From: Paragordius varius
Taxonomy: Eukaryota > Animalia > Nematomorpha
Length of the DNA stretch: 33,000 nucleotides
NCBI GenBank assembly: GCA_964247055.1
Contig: OZ176054.1
Span: forward strand, 6,634,001 to 6,667,000
Direction: 5' to 3'
Shown: in pieces, positions 1-9,555 of the stretch
How positions within the stretch are numbered: position 1 is the first letter of the stretch
How the letters are laid out: each line of letters begins with the position of its first letter
Translations under genes and position numbers: made by a program
Notes under the pieces: model-generated
Database searches by the model: none
Seen by the model: the letters and a program-made list of their open reading frames with translations, nothing else
Told to the model about the DNA's origin: nothing

Positions 1-131
1 TGGCATTAGTAATGGACCGATTGTTGCTTTGGATTTTTGTTACTCTCTCCATCTTAGTCTCATTTTTCATCATATATTCGTCGCCATATTCCAAGTATGG
101 ATCTGCAATCAAACAGTTTCTTTTGTCATAA
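1..131 (+). CDS. 3' end (M4 transmembrane helix and C-terminus) of a Cys-loop ligand-gated ion channel, nicotinic acetylcholine receptor-like subunit; partial
   Basis: The frame starting at nt 3 reads ALVMDRLLLWIFVTLSILVSFFIIYSSPYSKYGSAIKQFLLS* (TAA 129-131). This matches the nAChR M4 signature (A-M/L-V-x-D-R-L-F/L-L-W-I-F ... P). The ORF track misses it because it is truncated by the window edge. Confidence 0.85.
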   Translation, partial: ALVMDRLLLWIFVTLSILVSFFIIYSSPYSKYGSAIKQFLLS

Positions 132-859
132 GTTGCACAATTTCAAATTAACCATAATAATTTTAATAAAATAGGTATTACTTTTATTTAATTTTAACCA
201 GATAATATCGCTTGATAAAAAATAATTAAGCTGTGTGCTAAAAATCTCCCGTAGATAGTTATTTCAACCGATCCTATTATGCTTCATAAAATAAACTATA
301 AGATTTTTAATTTCTTTTATTATAATTTATTATTTAGAATTCGAATGTATTTGGATTCAAAACTATGGAGGAAACACATCTAAAGCGTCTAAAAAGAGTA
401 TTAAACCATATTTATTATTATAAAAGAAACAAATAATGCTTTTAAAATAGTTATTTTAACCTTTGTGCCATTAAGTCAAATAAATGTGATATTTTTTATC
501 TTTGTGATCTACTTATATAAATAGTAATAATTTGGCCAAAATCTTTCATTGAGTGTTATAATAAGATTTCTAATCAAGATTCATCTTATTCAAACTTCAC
601 ATAATTTTTAACCTTCAACAATGCAGTATGGAACTTTTAATTTTTATTATTATATAAAAGATAATCCACGGTTAAAAAGATCAGATAAAAAAAACTTTTA
701 ATCTTCTATTCTTGTTGAAACGCTTTGCACATTTAGGAGCGAGATTCTTAAAAAAAGGAAAGTTACAATAAACAATATAAAGGTATAATGCAATGGAATA
801 GATTATCATGCTATTTATTTTAAATATTGTTGGAGATTATTTGTTAACAAACTTTAGTG

Positions 860-1267
860 ATATAAGTTGCTAATGACTCGTGTAAAATAAATGAATTTAT
901 TAAAATAATAAAATATTTCGGATCTTACTGATCCTTTATCAATTTGAATGTATAAAAATAAAACAAAATAAAAAAAAATTTTATAAAATAAAAGCGGTTT
1001 TTGTGTTTTTTAATCCGTATTTGCAGCTGTAGATTATTTACATTATACCAGTGTTGTATATTGGTCCTTTTAAGGAAATTTTTAAGATGGGATTGAAATG
1101 CGGTAATTTCTCTCTTTTGTTGAGGAGGTTTTCTGCGTTGTTTGAATGGATGTACAGCGCATCTTCTATGGATCTTAAGTAAAAAATAATTTTTTGTCTG
1201 GCGAGTACTTTGTGGGAGCCCATTGTGTGTTGTGTCTGTTATATATCTGGTATACTGCTCAGTTTTT
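860..1267 (-). mobile_element. Penelope-like element (PLE) 3' fragment, left arm: end of GIY-YIG domain plus 3' UTR/pLTR
   Basis: The minus strand encodes HKVLARQK..LRSIEDALYIHSNNAENLLNKRE, a GIY-YIG C-terminus of PLE type. It is the reverse complement of 1634-1957 joined to 4871-4953. Confidence 0.8.
912..942 (-). ncRNA. Minimal hammerhead ribozyme-like motif in the PLE 3' region (U3-A8 variant)
   Basis: The minus strand reads TTGATAA-A-GGATC-AGTAA-GATCC-GAAA-TAT-T: core with U3/A8, a perfect 5-bp stem II, GAAA, and a palindromic loopless stem III. The second copy at 4873-4900 has a broken stem II. Stem I is weak. Confidence 0.55.
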
Positions 1268-1389
1268 GCCTAGTGAAAAGAAAAAACAAATAAAACAAAC
1301 ATCGTTTATAGTAAGACGTTTATTAGAGCAAGGTTATTTGCAGATCAGATCAGTTTATAACCGATATCATTAATAAAATCTTATTTTCA

Positions 1390-1957
1390 AAAACGAAAAA
1401 CGAACACACTAACAAAAAATATGTCTACCATACAATAAAACGTCACATGAAATCAAAAAACAGTTGACAAGTAAAGACGTATTAGTAACGTACAAATCAT
1501 GCACCAATCAATTAAGACTCTAATCCAAAGTCATATATAAAATCCCGTGCAATAGATGCAACAAGATGAATATATATTTATAGTTTAAACACAAAGGCCA
1601 ATACAAATACGAGTACACGCGCATCTTAACCATAAAAACTTAACCGTATACCAGCATATACAACACACAATACGCTCCTACAAAGTACTCACCAAGCAAA
1701 ATTTTTTTTTATTAAGATCCATAGAAGATGAGCTGTACATCCATTCACACAACACGGAAAACCTCCTCAACAAAAGAGAGAAATTACCGAATATCGATCC
1801 CATCACCAAAAATTTTCTTAAAAGGAAATTAATATACAACACTGGTATAATTTATGCAATCAACAGCAGCAAATACGGAAAAAAATACGACAAACCGCTT
1901 TTATTTTTTAAAATTTATTATTGTTTATTTTGTTTTATTTTTAATATATTCATATAA
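1390..1957 (+). mobile_element. Penelope-like element fragment, right arm: RT-endonuclease linker and GIY-YIG pseudogene; interrupted at 1957 by a Chapaev insertion and resuming at 4871-4953
   Basis: Degenerate translation: LPYNKTSHEIKKQL..VTYKS..*SKVIYKIPCNRCNKM..(frameshift)TQRPIQIRVHAHL..YKVLTKQ..LRSIEDELYIHSHNTENLLNKRE. The LPY linker, VIYKIPCxxC and E-A/E-LYI..LNK motifs are typical of PLE GIY-YIG domains. Confidence 0.85.
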
Positions 1958-2639
1958 CACTGTGCAACAAAATATGGGGTCAATTTTCTGGACTCAATTT
2001 TCTAAATATTTTCTGATTCCTTATAGTATTGTGATCAGATTTTCGTAAAAAATTTTTTACTTACCCAGCTCGTTTTGGAGATATGGGACTTTTTCCATAT
2101 TTGGACATATCCAAAATTATCTTGTTTGTAAATATTTTTCGCTATGTAAACAAATAATATGTGGCTTACATAAGTATTTTTACAAGAAATTACCAATTTA
2201 TCTTCAAAATAAAAAAAAAATTCCCAAAATATCCAATACTTTTTGTTTTAGGGGGCAAAAACCCTCAAAAATTGGGTAACTTAACATTTTTTCACACAAA
2301 TATTTTTTATCAATTTATTACAAAACAAACTTTATTGTATGTTCTTGGATGTTAATGATGTTTGTTTAAGTATAAATATCACTTTGTAATAGCTTTGTGG
2401 ACTTTTATTTTAAAAAATAAATTTAATTTTTACATCTTTTTTGCTGTTTTTTTATGTAAAAAAACTAAATTTTACTCAGCTGCATATAATATATTCTTTA
2501 TTTCATATGATATTTTTAAATATTTCCCACACTCAAATATACTCCATATCAGTTTTTTCATCAAGAAATATTATTATATACCCAAAATGTACAAAAAATA
2601 TAATTACTACCCAAGTATATATATATTTATAATTTTAGG

Positions 2640-3156
2640 ATGGATAAAAATATTGTTTGCCATATATGTGGACAATACACAAAAAAACTAATAGTATAAA
2701 CATTACCACTTACATAAAAAACTATTTTTTTATATTATGGCGAACCTAGATTTGGGCCCCGAACACCGTATCTCGGACATGTAGCATTAGTTTAGGAGTC
2801 GGTACCACAAAACCGGACCTGGACTCCCTTGGGGTATCCCTATGATATGGCGAGAGCCAAAATCTCATTCTGAATGTTACTTTTGTGCAGTTCCAAAACC
2901 ATTTCTTATTAACATTACCAAAAAAAACAAAAAACCTATCGAATATCCAAACTTTTCTTGTGCAATTCGTCCTGTTTATCATTCCATTGACCTTCCCGTA
3001 CCTTCATCTCCAACCATTCATATCGATTTATTTGATATGATGGATGATACTGATTTGGAATTTTATCATCAAGATATAAAGGGCACTAATAAATTAAGTG
3101 GCACTGAGGTGATATCCCTAATCATAAAATTGCATCTCTCAAAACGGTATTTTTAG
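2640..3156 (+). pseudogene. Chapaev transposase N-terminal fragment (frameshifted)
   Basis: Pieces read MDKNIVCHICGQYT, ITTYIKNY, WAPNTVSRTC and LPWGIPMIWREPKSHSECYFC..IEYPNFSCAIRPVYHSIDLPVP. These match the Chapaev motifs CYICGEY, WAPH.CC.TC and MPFGVPMVWREP..H..DCYFC..YPNLPSA.RPVPH...LPVP. Confidence 0.85.
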
Positions 3157-3596
3157 AAAACCCTTCGAAAAAACCTATCGAAACAATATAAATTTAATTT
3201 GCGATTATATATATATGAATAAATAAATTATTATTTTATTTTTAACACTTAATTTACTTTATTTAAAGTCTAGATTAGATTATCCGTGTCTTAACATCTG
3301 TACACCAAAATATATTCTAAATATTCACTCTAATAACTGATTATAATTAGGATTTGCATATAGTTCAATATATTATGATGAATTCATTTATTAATGGTAT
3401 TATATTTTCTTTAAACGTTTTTGATATGATATGGCATATTCAATTTTCTCTGCACAGTCGTCCATATTGAAAGCTAATCTATTAGCTGATGTGATATACA
3501 AATTGTTGCTGGGTACTTTGTCATGGTAATATAACTACCTGATCGATATATTGTTTTTATAAGAATGTATGAAAGAAATCAATAAAATACTTTTAT

Positions 3597-3722
3597 ATGG
3601 CAGACGCCAAAATCGAATTGGTAAATAATTTTAAATACTTGGGCGATGCCATACATTGCCTAGGTAGAATAAACCAATCAGTTAAATATAGATCCCAACA
3701 GGCTGGGGTAAAATATCATTAA
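3597..3722 (+). mobile_element. Short non-LTR retrotransposon (RTE-like) RT C-terminal fragment inside the Chapaev element
   Basis: Reads MADAKIELVNNFKYLGDAIHCLGRINQSVKYRSQQAGVKYH, resembling the LINE motif IE.V..F.YLGD.I.....I...V..R...A..KF. Confidence 0.55.
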
Positions 3723-4098
3723 CTTAAATTTATGTTTAAAAATAAACACATATCAGCAAAAAACAAAGGTTTGATTAGAGTTGTTGATAAGCGACAATAG
3801 TTTAAATTAAATGAAACGTTAACGACAAAAACAATAATTTAACCGAAGAGACGATAACCCAAATAAAATTTATAAGAATATATGGTTAAAATTATTAAAA
3901 ATATAATTTAGTATATGAGGGTGCATTCCTTTGATTTCCCTGTGGCATACGTACTGTTCCCTAAACAACTGAAATTTTATGGGTGATTCAACTTTAATTA
4001 AAAAAGAATTCATTTCTGAGTATCGTAAAACTTCATCAGGGTAATAAGCTTCTTTAGATTGCACTCTTGACAAAGAGGGAATCATCCATATCCCTAAA

Positions 4099-4099
<1 letters not shown>

Positions 4100-4137
<38 letters not shown>
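4100..4137. repeat. (TA)19 microsatellite
   Basis: Perfect TA run read directly from the sequence. Confidence 0.95.
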
Positions 4138-4139
<2 letters not shown>

Positions 4140-4870
4140 GTATTTGATGGTATCAAGGTGTGTTCTTCTCTTATCCAAAAGGCAAACGATTTTTCCGATT
4201 CAGAATTCAATTACAAATTTATATAAGAACCATTGTCCATTTCATATTATTTTAAAATATTTAAAAATGAAGCAAACGAATCAACATATCTGACACCATA
4301 TATGGTCAAAATTTAAAAATTTCAGATGAAAAAATGAAATTAGTATTTACAGCTGAGTAAATTAAATCATTTTTTACATAAAAAAAGCAACAAAAAAGCT
4401 GTAAAAATTAAATGTATTTTTAAAAATAAAAGTCCACAAAGCTATTACAAAGTGATATTTATATTTAAACAAACATTATTAACATCCAAGAACATACAAT
4501 AAAGTTTGTTTTGATTTAATAAATTGATAAAAAATATTTGTGTGAAAAAATGTTAAGTTACCCAATTTTTGAGGGTTTTTGCCCCCTAAAACAAAAAGTA
4601 TTGGATATTTTGAGTAATTTTTTTTTTATTTTGAAGATAAATTGGTAATTTCTTGTAAAAATACTTATGTAAGCCACATATTATTTGTTTGCATAGCGAA
4701 AACAATTTACAAACAAGAAAATTTTGGATATGTCCAAATATGGAAAAAGTCCCATATCTCCAAAACGAGCTTGGTAAGTAAAAAAATTTTTTACGAAAAT
4801 CTGATCACAATACTATAAGGAATCAGAAAATATTTAGAAAATCGAGTCCAGAAAAAGTTGTGTCACAGTG

Positions 4871-4953
4871 TAATTGATAAAGGAGTAAGATACGAAATAT
4901 TCTATTATTTTAATATAATCATTTATTTTGCACGAGTTATTAGCAATTTATAT
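4871..4953 (+). mobile_element. Distal part of the right PLE arm, displaced by the Chapaev insertion
   Basis: aattgataaagg..agtaagat.cgaaatatt.tattattttaat....catttattttgcacgagttattagcaa matches the reverse complement of 860-944. Confidence 0.85.
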
Positions 4954-5264
4954 TTAAAATAAAACTCGTCCTCAAAATCTTATATCTAAGTGAGATTATA
5001 ACCGTGCGACTAATGAAACATTTAAGTATCAATATAAATGATATGAAAAATTACAGGAAATCCATATATTTATAAAGAGTGTTGGTTTTTGACGGAAAAT
5101 ATGTAGGCCCATTAAAATTTGAAGTGAAAATATAGAATGCGCAGACTATAGCCTTGTTTTAAATTAGCCTTCAATTAAGACTAACAAAATATTCACCCAA
5201 AATCAAGTTTTTGATGCAATTTTAAACAGTAGACCAACTAAATTTTATACAAAGATTTTTTACG

Positions 5265-5912
5265 GATGCGCCAAACATAGTCGGCTCCCTTTTTTGATCA
5301 GCCCGTATATTTAACCGCTTCTCCTCCCTCATAAAATAAAATTTTATTTAAAAAAACCAAGTCCCCAAAAAACATTTTGAGACGTTTTTTCGCTAAAGTT
5401 CTGGATTATTTCAAATCAATACTGGTTTTAGATATGCCCATAAAGCACATTTTAGCCCAGCACTTTTTATAAGCAGCTGATACGGTATATATCTATCGCT
5501 TTGAATTTTAGGTTTGTTTGTTTTTAAATTTTGAATTTTTGTAAAATAACAGTTTTGTTTTAACATAAATTTGAGACGAACGAATCAAAGTCTTAGATGA
5601 TAGAAATGTCCAGCCTTATCGAATCACTTTGATAAAGTGTTTTTATAATATCCTAAAGCGTTTTTACCGTTTCCAACATGCCTCAAAAGAGTATTAAGTA
5701 CGCTTCAACAATATTTTTCTAAAAATCACATTTGAAAAATGCATTTCAAATATATTTTTAGTTAATAACAAAGTAAAGCACATATTTTTAAATTTTATCG
5801 CGCGATCCCGGCATTTTTGCGTTTATTTAAGGAAAAGTAGCCCATTTTAGCAGATGGGAAAACATTGGGACCCCACAAAATTTTTTGAAATATTTTTTGC
5901 TTTTTACATGTT
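5265..5912. repeat. Dispersed non-autonomous transposon-like repeat (family unresolved, 'family C'), left of the RTE insertion
   Basis: 5809-5910 (cggcatttttgcgtttattt..cccac..aaatattttttgctttt) matches 29893-30005. The motif aacatagtcg..c.ctttttgat at ~5275-5300 recurs in the tandem units at ~25780 and ~26245. Confidence 0.5.
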
Positions 5913-7140
5913 TTTGTTGTTATTGCTGCGACTAACTGCAGCATTGAAAATATATTTCTCCACTTGCGAATACCATATCTAGCGTTTAATCCGGCTATTT
6001 TGTTTTATTCATCCAGCGAGGTCTTCTTCTTCCTCGTTTACGATCACCACACATTTTCCCAGCATCAGTGACTTTTCGAGTGGGTTTGATCTAATAATGT
6101 GGCCGAAATAGGAAAGTTTTTGGCGTATTGGAACCAAGTAGTGGCAAAGATTGATTTTATTTAAAATAATGGAGTTAAATTTTGTCTAAACATTTTGCTT
6201 GGAGAAGTGTCCTCTAAACCCATACGAAAGAATTTATTCGTTTGTCATATTTTTTTAAGTGTCCAGCTTTCGCACCCATATAGTAATGTGGGGAATACAG
6301 TTCCCTTGATTAATCTGATTTTGCTTTTTAATTTAATATCATGCGACGACCAAACGTTTTGTATTTGAATGCAAATCCTTTTGAAATGGCAATTCTTCGT
6401 TTTATTTCTGGAGTAGAGTTGGTGTCATTGTTTATATTGCTGCCCAAATACGTGTAAATGTTTACGGTTTTATGATTTCCGTTGAGGATTATTAAGTTGG
6501 TTTTTTTAAGCGGGTTGATTTTTATTACTTTTATGTTATTTTAAAGTTAATTAATCCGTATTTATCGCATTCAACTCTAAAAAATTGCAGAACTTGCGAT
6601 AATGTGTCGATACTGTCCGAAAATAGAGGTGTAATCTGCGTGATGAACGGATGTGAACAAGTTACTGCTTACGTTGATGCCAGAAGTTTCTGGCATATTT
6701 CTTTGTATGCATTCGAGATAGGCGTTAAAAAGAATTGGGACAGTTTTGGCATAAGCTGACTTGCACCCTCGTGAAGTGTAGATACTACAGCCGTGGAATT
6801 TAAGTAAATTGAGAATATGACGTTGATTAGATGGGTTAACACTCCAAGTTTTAGGGATGTTTGTAATTTAATGTGTTGAATGGAATCAAATGCTTTGGAA
6901 AAATCGACAAAGCACATGTGCAGTTCTTTGTTGAATTCAATATGTTTCACTTCAACCTCATATTGCATATCACATCTCAGCATCCTCTTCCTTTTCGAAA
7001 ACCAGTCTGAATCATGGATATCTCGGGATCAAGAATGGTATTTAATCAAACCTGTATTATTTTTAAGGAAGCTTTGGACATCAGATTAATAAGCGCTATG
7101 GTGTGATAGTCGTCGCCATATTTTTGGAATCAATTATTAG
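5913..7140 (-). mobile_element. RTE-clade (BovB-like) LINE, 5'-truncated, degenerate RT and C-terminus with short (CAA)-type tail
   Basis: Minus-strand pieces read YHTIALINLMSK, QTGFRKGRG, CFVDFSKAFDSIQH, TYLGSNINND..PEIKRRI, KIRLIKGTVFPTLLYGCESWTLKK and YFGHIIRSNPLEKSLMLGK..GRRRPRW. The element ends in caataacaacaa (plus strand 5914-5925). It has many stops and frameshifts, and no TSD was seen. Confidence 0.9.
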
Positions 7141-7620
7141 ATTTCACCAAAAAAAATTTGTTTAGGAAATGTGCGCAAATTTCACCATTTCCTGATGGAG
7201 GAGTCTAAAAAAGGATAATAACTTTCATATCACTCGTAAGGGCCAAAAAACTAAAAACACCCTGATAATTTTAATACATTTTCAGGGAATAACCCATATA
7301 TGTATACGCCACCATATAAAAAGCTGGTTCAAAAGAAATTCACCGAAAACTTCTTATAAGTTTAATAAACATATGAGTTATTTACCATTTTCAAAAATTT
7401 TAGTCATTGACAAATGGCTTCATTGGCTAAATACAAGAAATATATGGGTAATTTAGCTTTCAAAGATAAAACTGTAACAAAATACGAACACTCTATATGA
7501 AAACTTTACATAAAGCAATTTCATTAGTTCGTTGGCGAAATTTCGATAGATTTTTCAAATTATGAAAGCAATTAATATTTTTAAAGTTTTTGGTGGGTCT
7601 CACAAAATATCTCAAGGCAA
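7141..7620. repeat. Family C repeat, right of the RTE insertion
   Basis: The reverse complement of 7145-7250 (gcccttacgagtga..gaaagttatt..tgcgcacat.tt.ctaaa) matches 29035-29115. Confidence 0.5.
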
Positions 7621-7855
7621 CATTTTAACCACCTCTGTTTTGGAACATGGTTAGGACAGCACCACAGGATAAATACACCTCCGAAAACGTGTCTGCGGCT
7701 GATTTTTCTCTATTTATCATAAATAGGGCACGGGTAATAGGGAATAATATTTTTGATATGAGAATCAGTTGATTTTTGTCGCAAAGCATTATAGAGAATG
7801 GTTTAATGCGCTTTAATGTTTTGGTCACATTGCGCAAAAACATGAACTTTTTTAA

Positions 7856-8323
7856 CACTTCGATTCAATTGACCAAATACCACAGACTAAATTAAAGTAA
7901 ATTCTTTAAAAACTACTGAAGGAATAGGTCCCAATTTAAATTATGCTTCTATCCTAATAAAAATTATATAAATAAGCTAAAATATCTAAATAAAATTTCG
8001 TTTGAAAAAAAGCTTCATGTCAAACTACTTTGACGCTATTTTTATTTTGCAAAATTTTTGCAAAATATCGTGCATATTAATTTTTAAAGGTATAATTAAA
8101 GCTAAATTTTCATATAAATCACATCTATCATTGATATAAAATAGAAAGTATTTTTAAATAAAGTTTTTTAAATATTCCGGTTTATTAATGCTAAATAAGT
8201 GCAAAATTTTGCCATGGCTTCGATTCCTTCCATATTTTTTAAGTTTAATTTTAAACAGCCCTGGGGTATCTAACTACCCCAATTTGAATCGAAGGACTAA
8301 ACTGAATATGTTGTATATAAGTC
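7856..8323 (+). mobile_element. TTAA-flanked piggyBac-like MITE, copy 1
   Basis: TTAA (7852-55) CACTTCGATTCAA ... ctggggtatctaactaccccaatttgaatcgaag ... aagtc TTAA (8324-27). Collinear with copies 2-4. Confidence 0.8.
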
Positions 8324-8934
8324 TTAAAAAATAAAATGCGCGAAACAAAAATGCATCGCAAAAAATAAGATGAATCAAAAATTAAACCATTGTTACTTTT
8401 AGTAGACATATTTACAAAACAATTATTTGATAAAACATCATGCAGTGAAAAAACAACTATCACTTCTTCCTAACACGGCGAAATTAATATTTTTTTTTCA
8501 TATATATATATGTATGGCTTATTAACGATACTATATATTAGCACACCTAACATAAAGGGATTTATTAATGTGTGTAGATACTGCATCAAACCCAACCTCG
8601 ATGTGTCTACCCGCTCTGAAGCTCCATGCCTTATGGGGTAGAAAATGCAAGACGGCAGGTGGTCGTCGATCTTCCGACGCAACACATTTAAGTGGTTCCG
8701 TAGACCAGAAAAATAAATAAAATCGATGATTATAGAATTAATATTGTTTTTAAAATATATAAGACATGCACTGCATAAAAGCAGGCTACAGAGAATGTTA
8801 AAACGTATGGCAAAATGAATTCAAAACTAGAAATAAATAACCCTATTTTAATTTATATTTCTACCTCAGTATTTGATTAACTTAATAATAACTTAAAGTA
8901 CTTAGTTTGGTTATATATTTAGAGCCGAGTGAAA

Positions 8935-9493
8935 TAATTCAAGGGGAATCTAAATACCCCAGACTAAAATTAAATTAATATTTTTAATACTGAAGGAAAG
9001 GTCTAATTTAGATTTATGCTTCTATCCTGTTAAATATTATATGAATAAGCCAATATATTCTTAATAAAATTTAATTTTGGAAAGAAAGTTCCATGTCAAA
9101 CTACTTCAACGCTATTTTTATTTTACAAAATTTTTGCAAAATATCGTTTTCATTTAATTTTGTAAAATTAAAGCTAATTTTTTATTTAAATTACATCTAA
9201 CATTGATAGAAATAGAAAAAGCGCTTTATTTTGTATTATTTTATAATTTTACCATTTCACACATGTTACGTTGACGAATTTTTTACCTTTCGGCTTTAGC
9301 TTAAAATTAGTAATATCAAGAATTTAATAAATTTTTTATATATTTCCGTTTATCAATGATATACATGTGCAAAATTTTGCCATGGTTTGATTCCTTCCAT
9401 AATTTTTAATGTATTGGATTTTAAACAGGCCTGGGGTATCCAACTACCCCAATTAGCATCGAAAGACTAAAATGAGTGTGTTGGATCCAAGTG
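8935..9493 (+). mobile_element. TTAA-flanked piggyBac-like MITE, copy 2 (left terminus eroded)
   Basis: Internal homology to copies 1, 3 and 4. Right end is ..ggatccaagtg TTAA (9494-97), 62 nt upstream of the NDK start codon. Confidence 0.8.
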
Positions 9494-9515
9494 TTAATAA
9501 ACAACCTTATGTGTT

Positions 9516-9522
9516 TATAAAA
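9516..9522 (+). promoter_or_regulatory. Candidate TATA box for NDK
   Basis: TATAAAA lies 40 nt upstream of the ATG, inside an 8-bp inverted repeat (atgtgttt / aaacacat). The AT-rich context makes a chance match plausible. Confidence 0.3.
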
Positions 9523-9555
9523 AAAAACACATTCACCATATATTTCCGTTAACAT

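Larger units (their letters stand above)
1958..4870 (+). mobile_element. Chapaev (Chapaev3-type, CMC superfamily) DNA transposon, internally deleted, with very long TIRs
   Basis: Termini are CACTGTG (1958) and CACAGTG (4870), flanked by a TAA duplication (1955-57, 4871-73). About 1958-2482 is a high-identity inverted repeat of 4350-4870, extending more loosely another ~45 bp. The flanks rejoin into continuous PLE sequence. Confidence 0.85.

Noticed and set aside
1-150. Open minus-strand frame (CATYDKRNCLIADPYLEYGDEY..)
   Set aside because: It is the antisense shadow of the nAChR exon and has no recognisable motif.
190-860. Several G|GTTAAAA donor-like sites on the minus strand, a 22-nt GT-AG span (439-460) and a 20-nt one (747-766)
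   Set aside because: No stop-free spliced model could be built on either strand. Such spans are expected by chance in AT-rich DNA.
1958-1985. Termini CACTGTG/CACAGTG resemble the V(D)J RSS heptamer (Transib/RAG transposon idea)
   Set aside because: The TSD is 3 bp rather than 5 bp, there is no nonamer at 12/23 spacing, and the internal ORF is Chapaev.
2161-2691. ORF-track ORFs 2161-2355, 2362-2691 and 2441-2632
   Set aside because: They lie in the non-coding Chapaev TIR and have low-complexity F/I/K/Y composition.
4010-4042. Minus-strand CTGATGA...GAAA second hammerhead candidate
   Set aside because: Stem II has only 2-3 bp, with extra bases before GAAA, and there are no convincing stems I and III.
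8570-8710. GC-richer island with ORF 8470-8685
   Set aside because: No confident assignment. The plus-strand KMQDGRWSSI weakly resembles a LINE C-terminus (RMxDxRW), which is too little to call a gene or an element.
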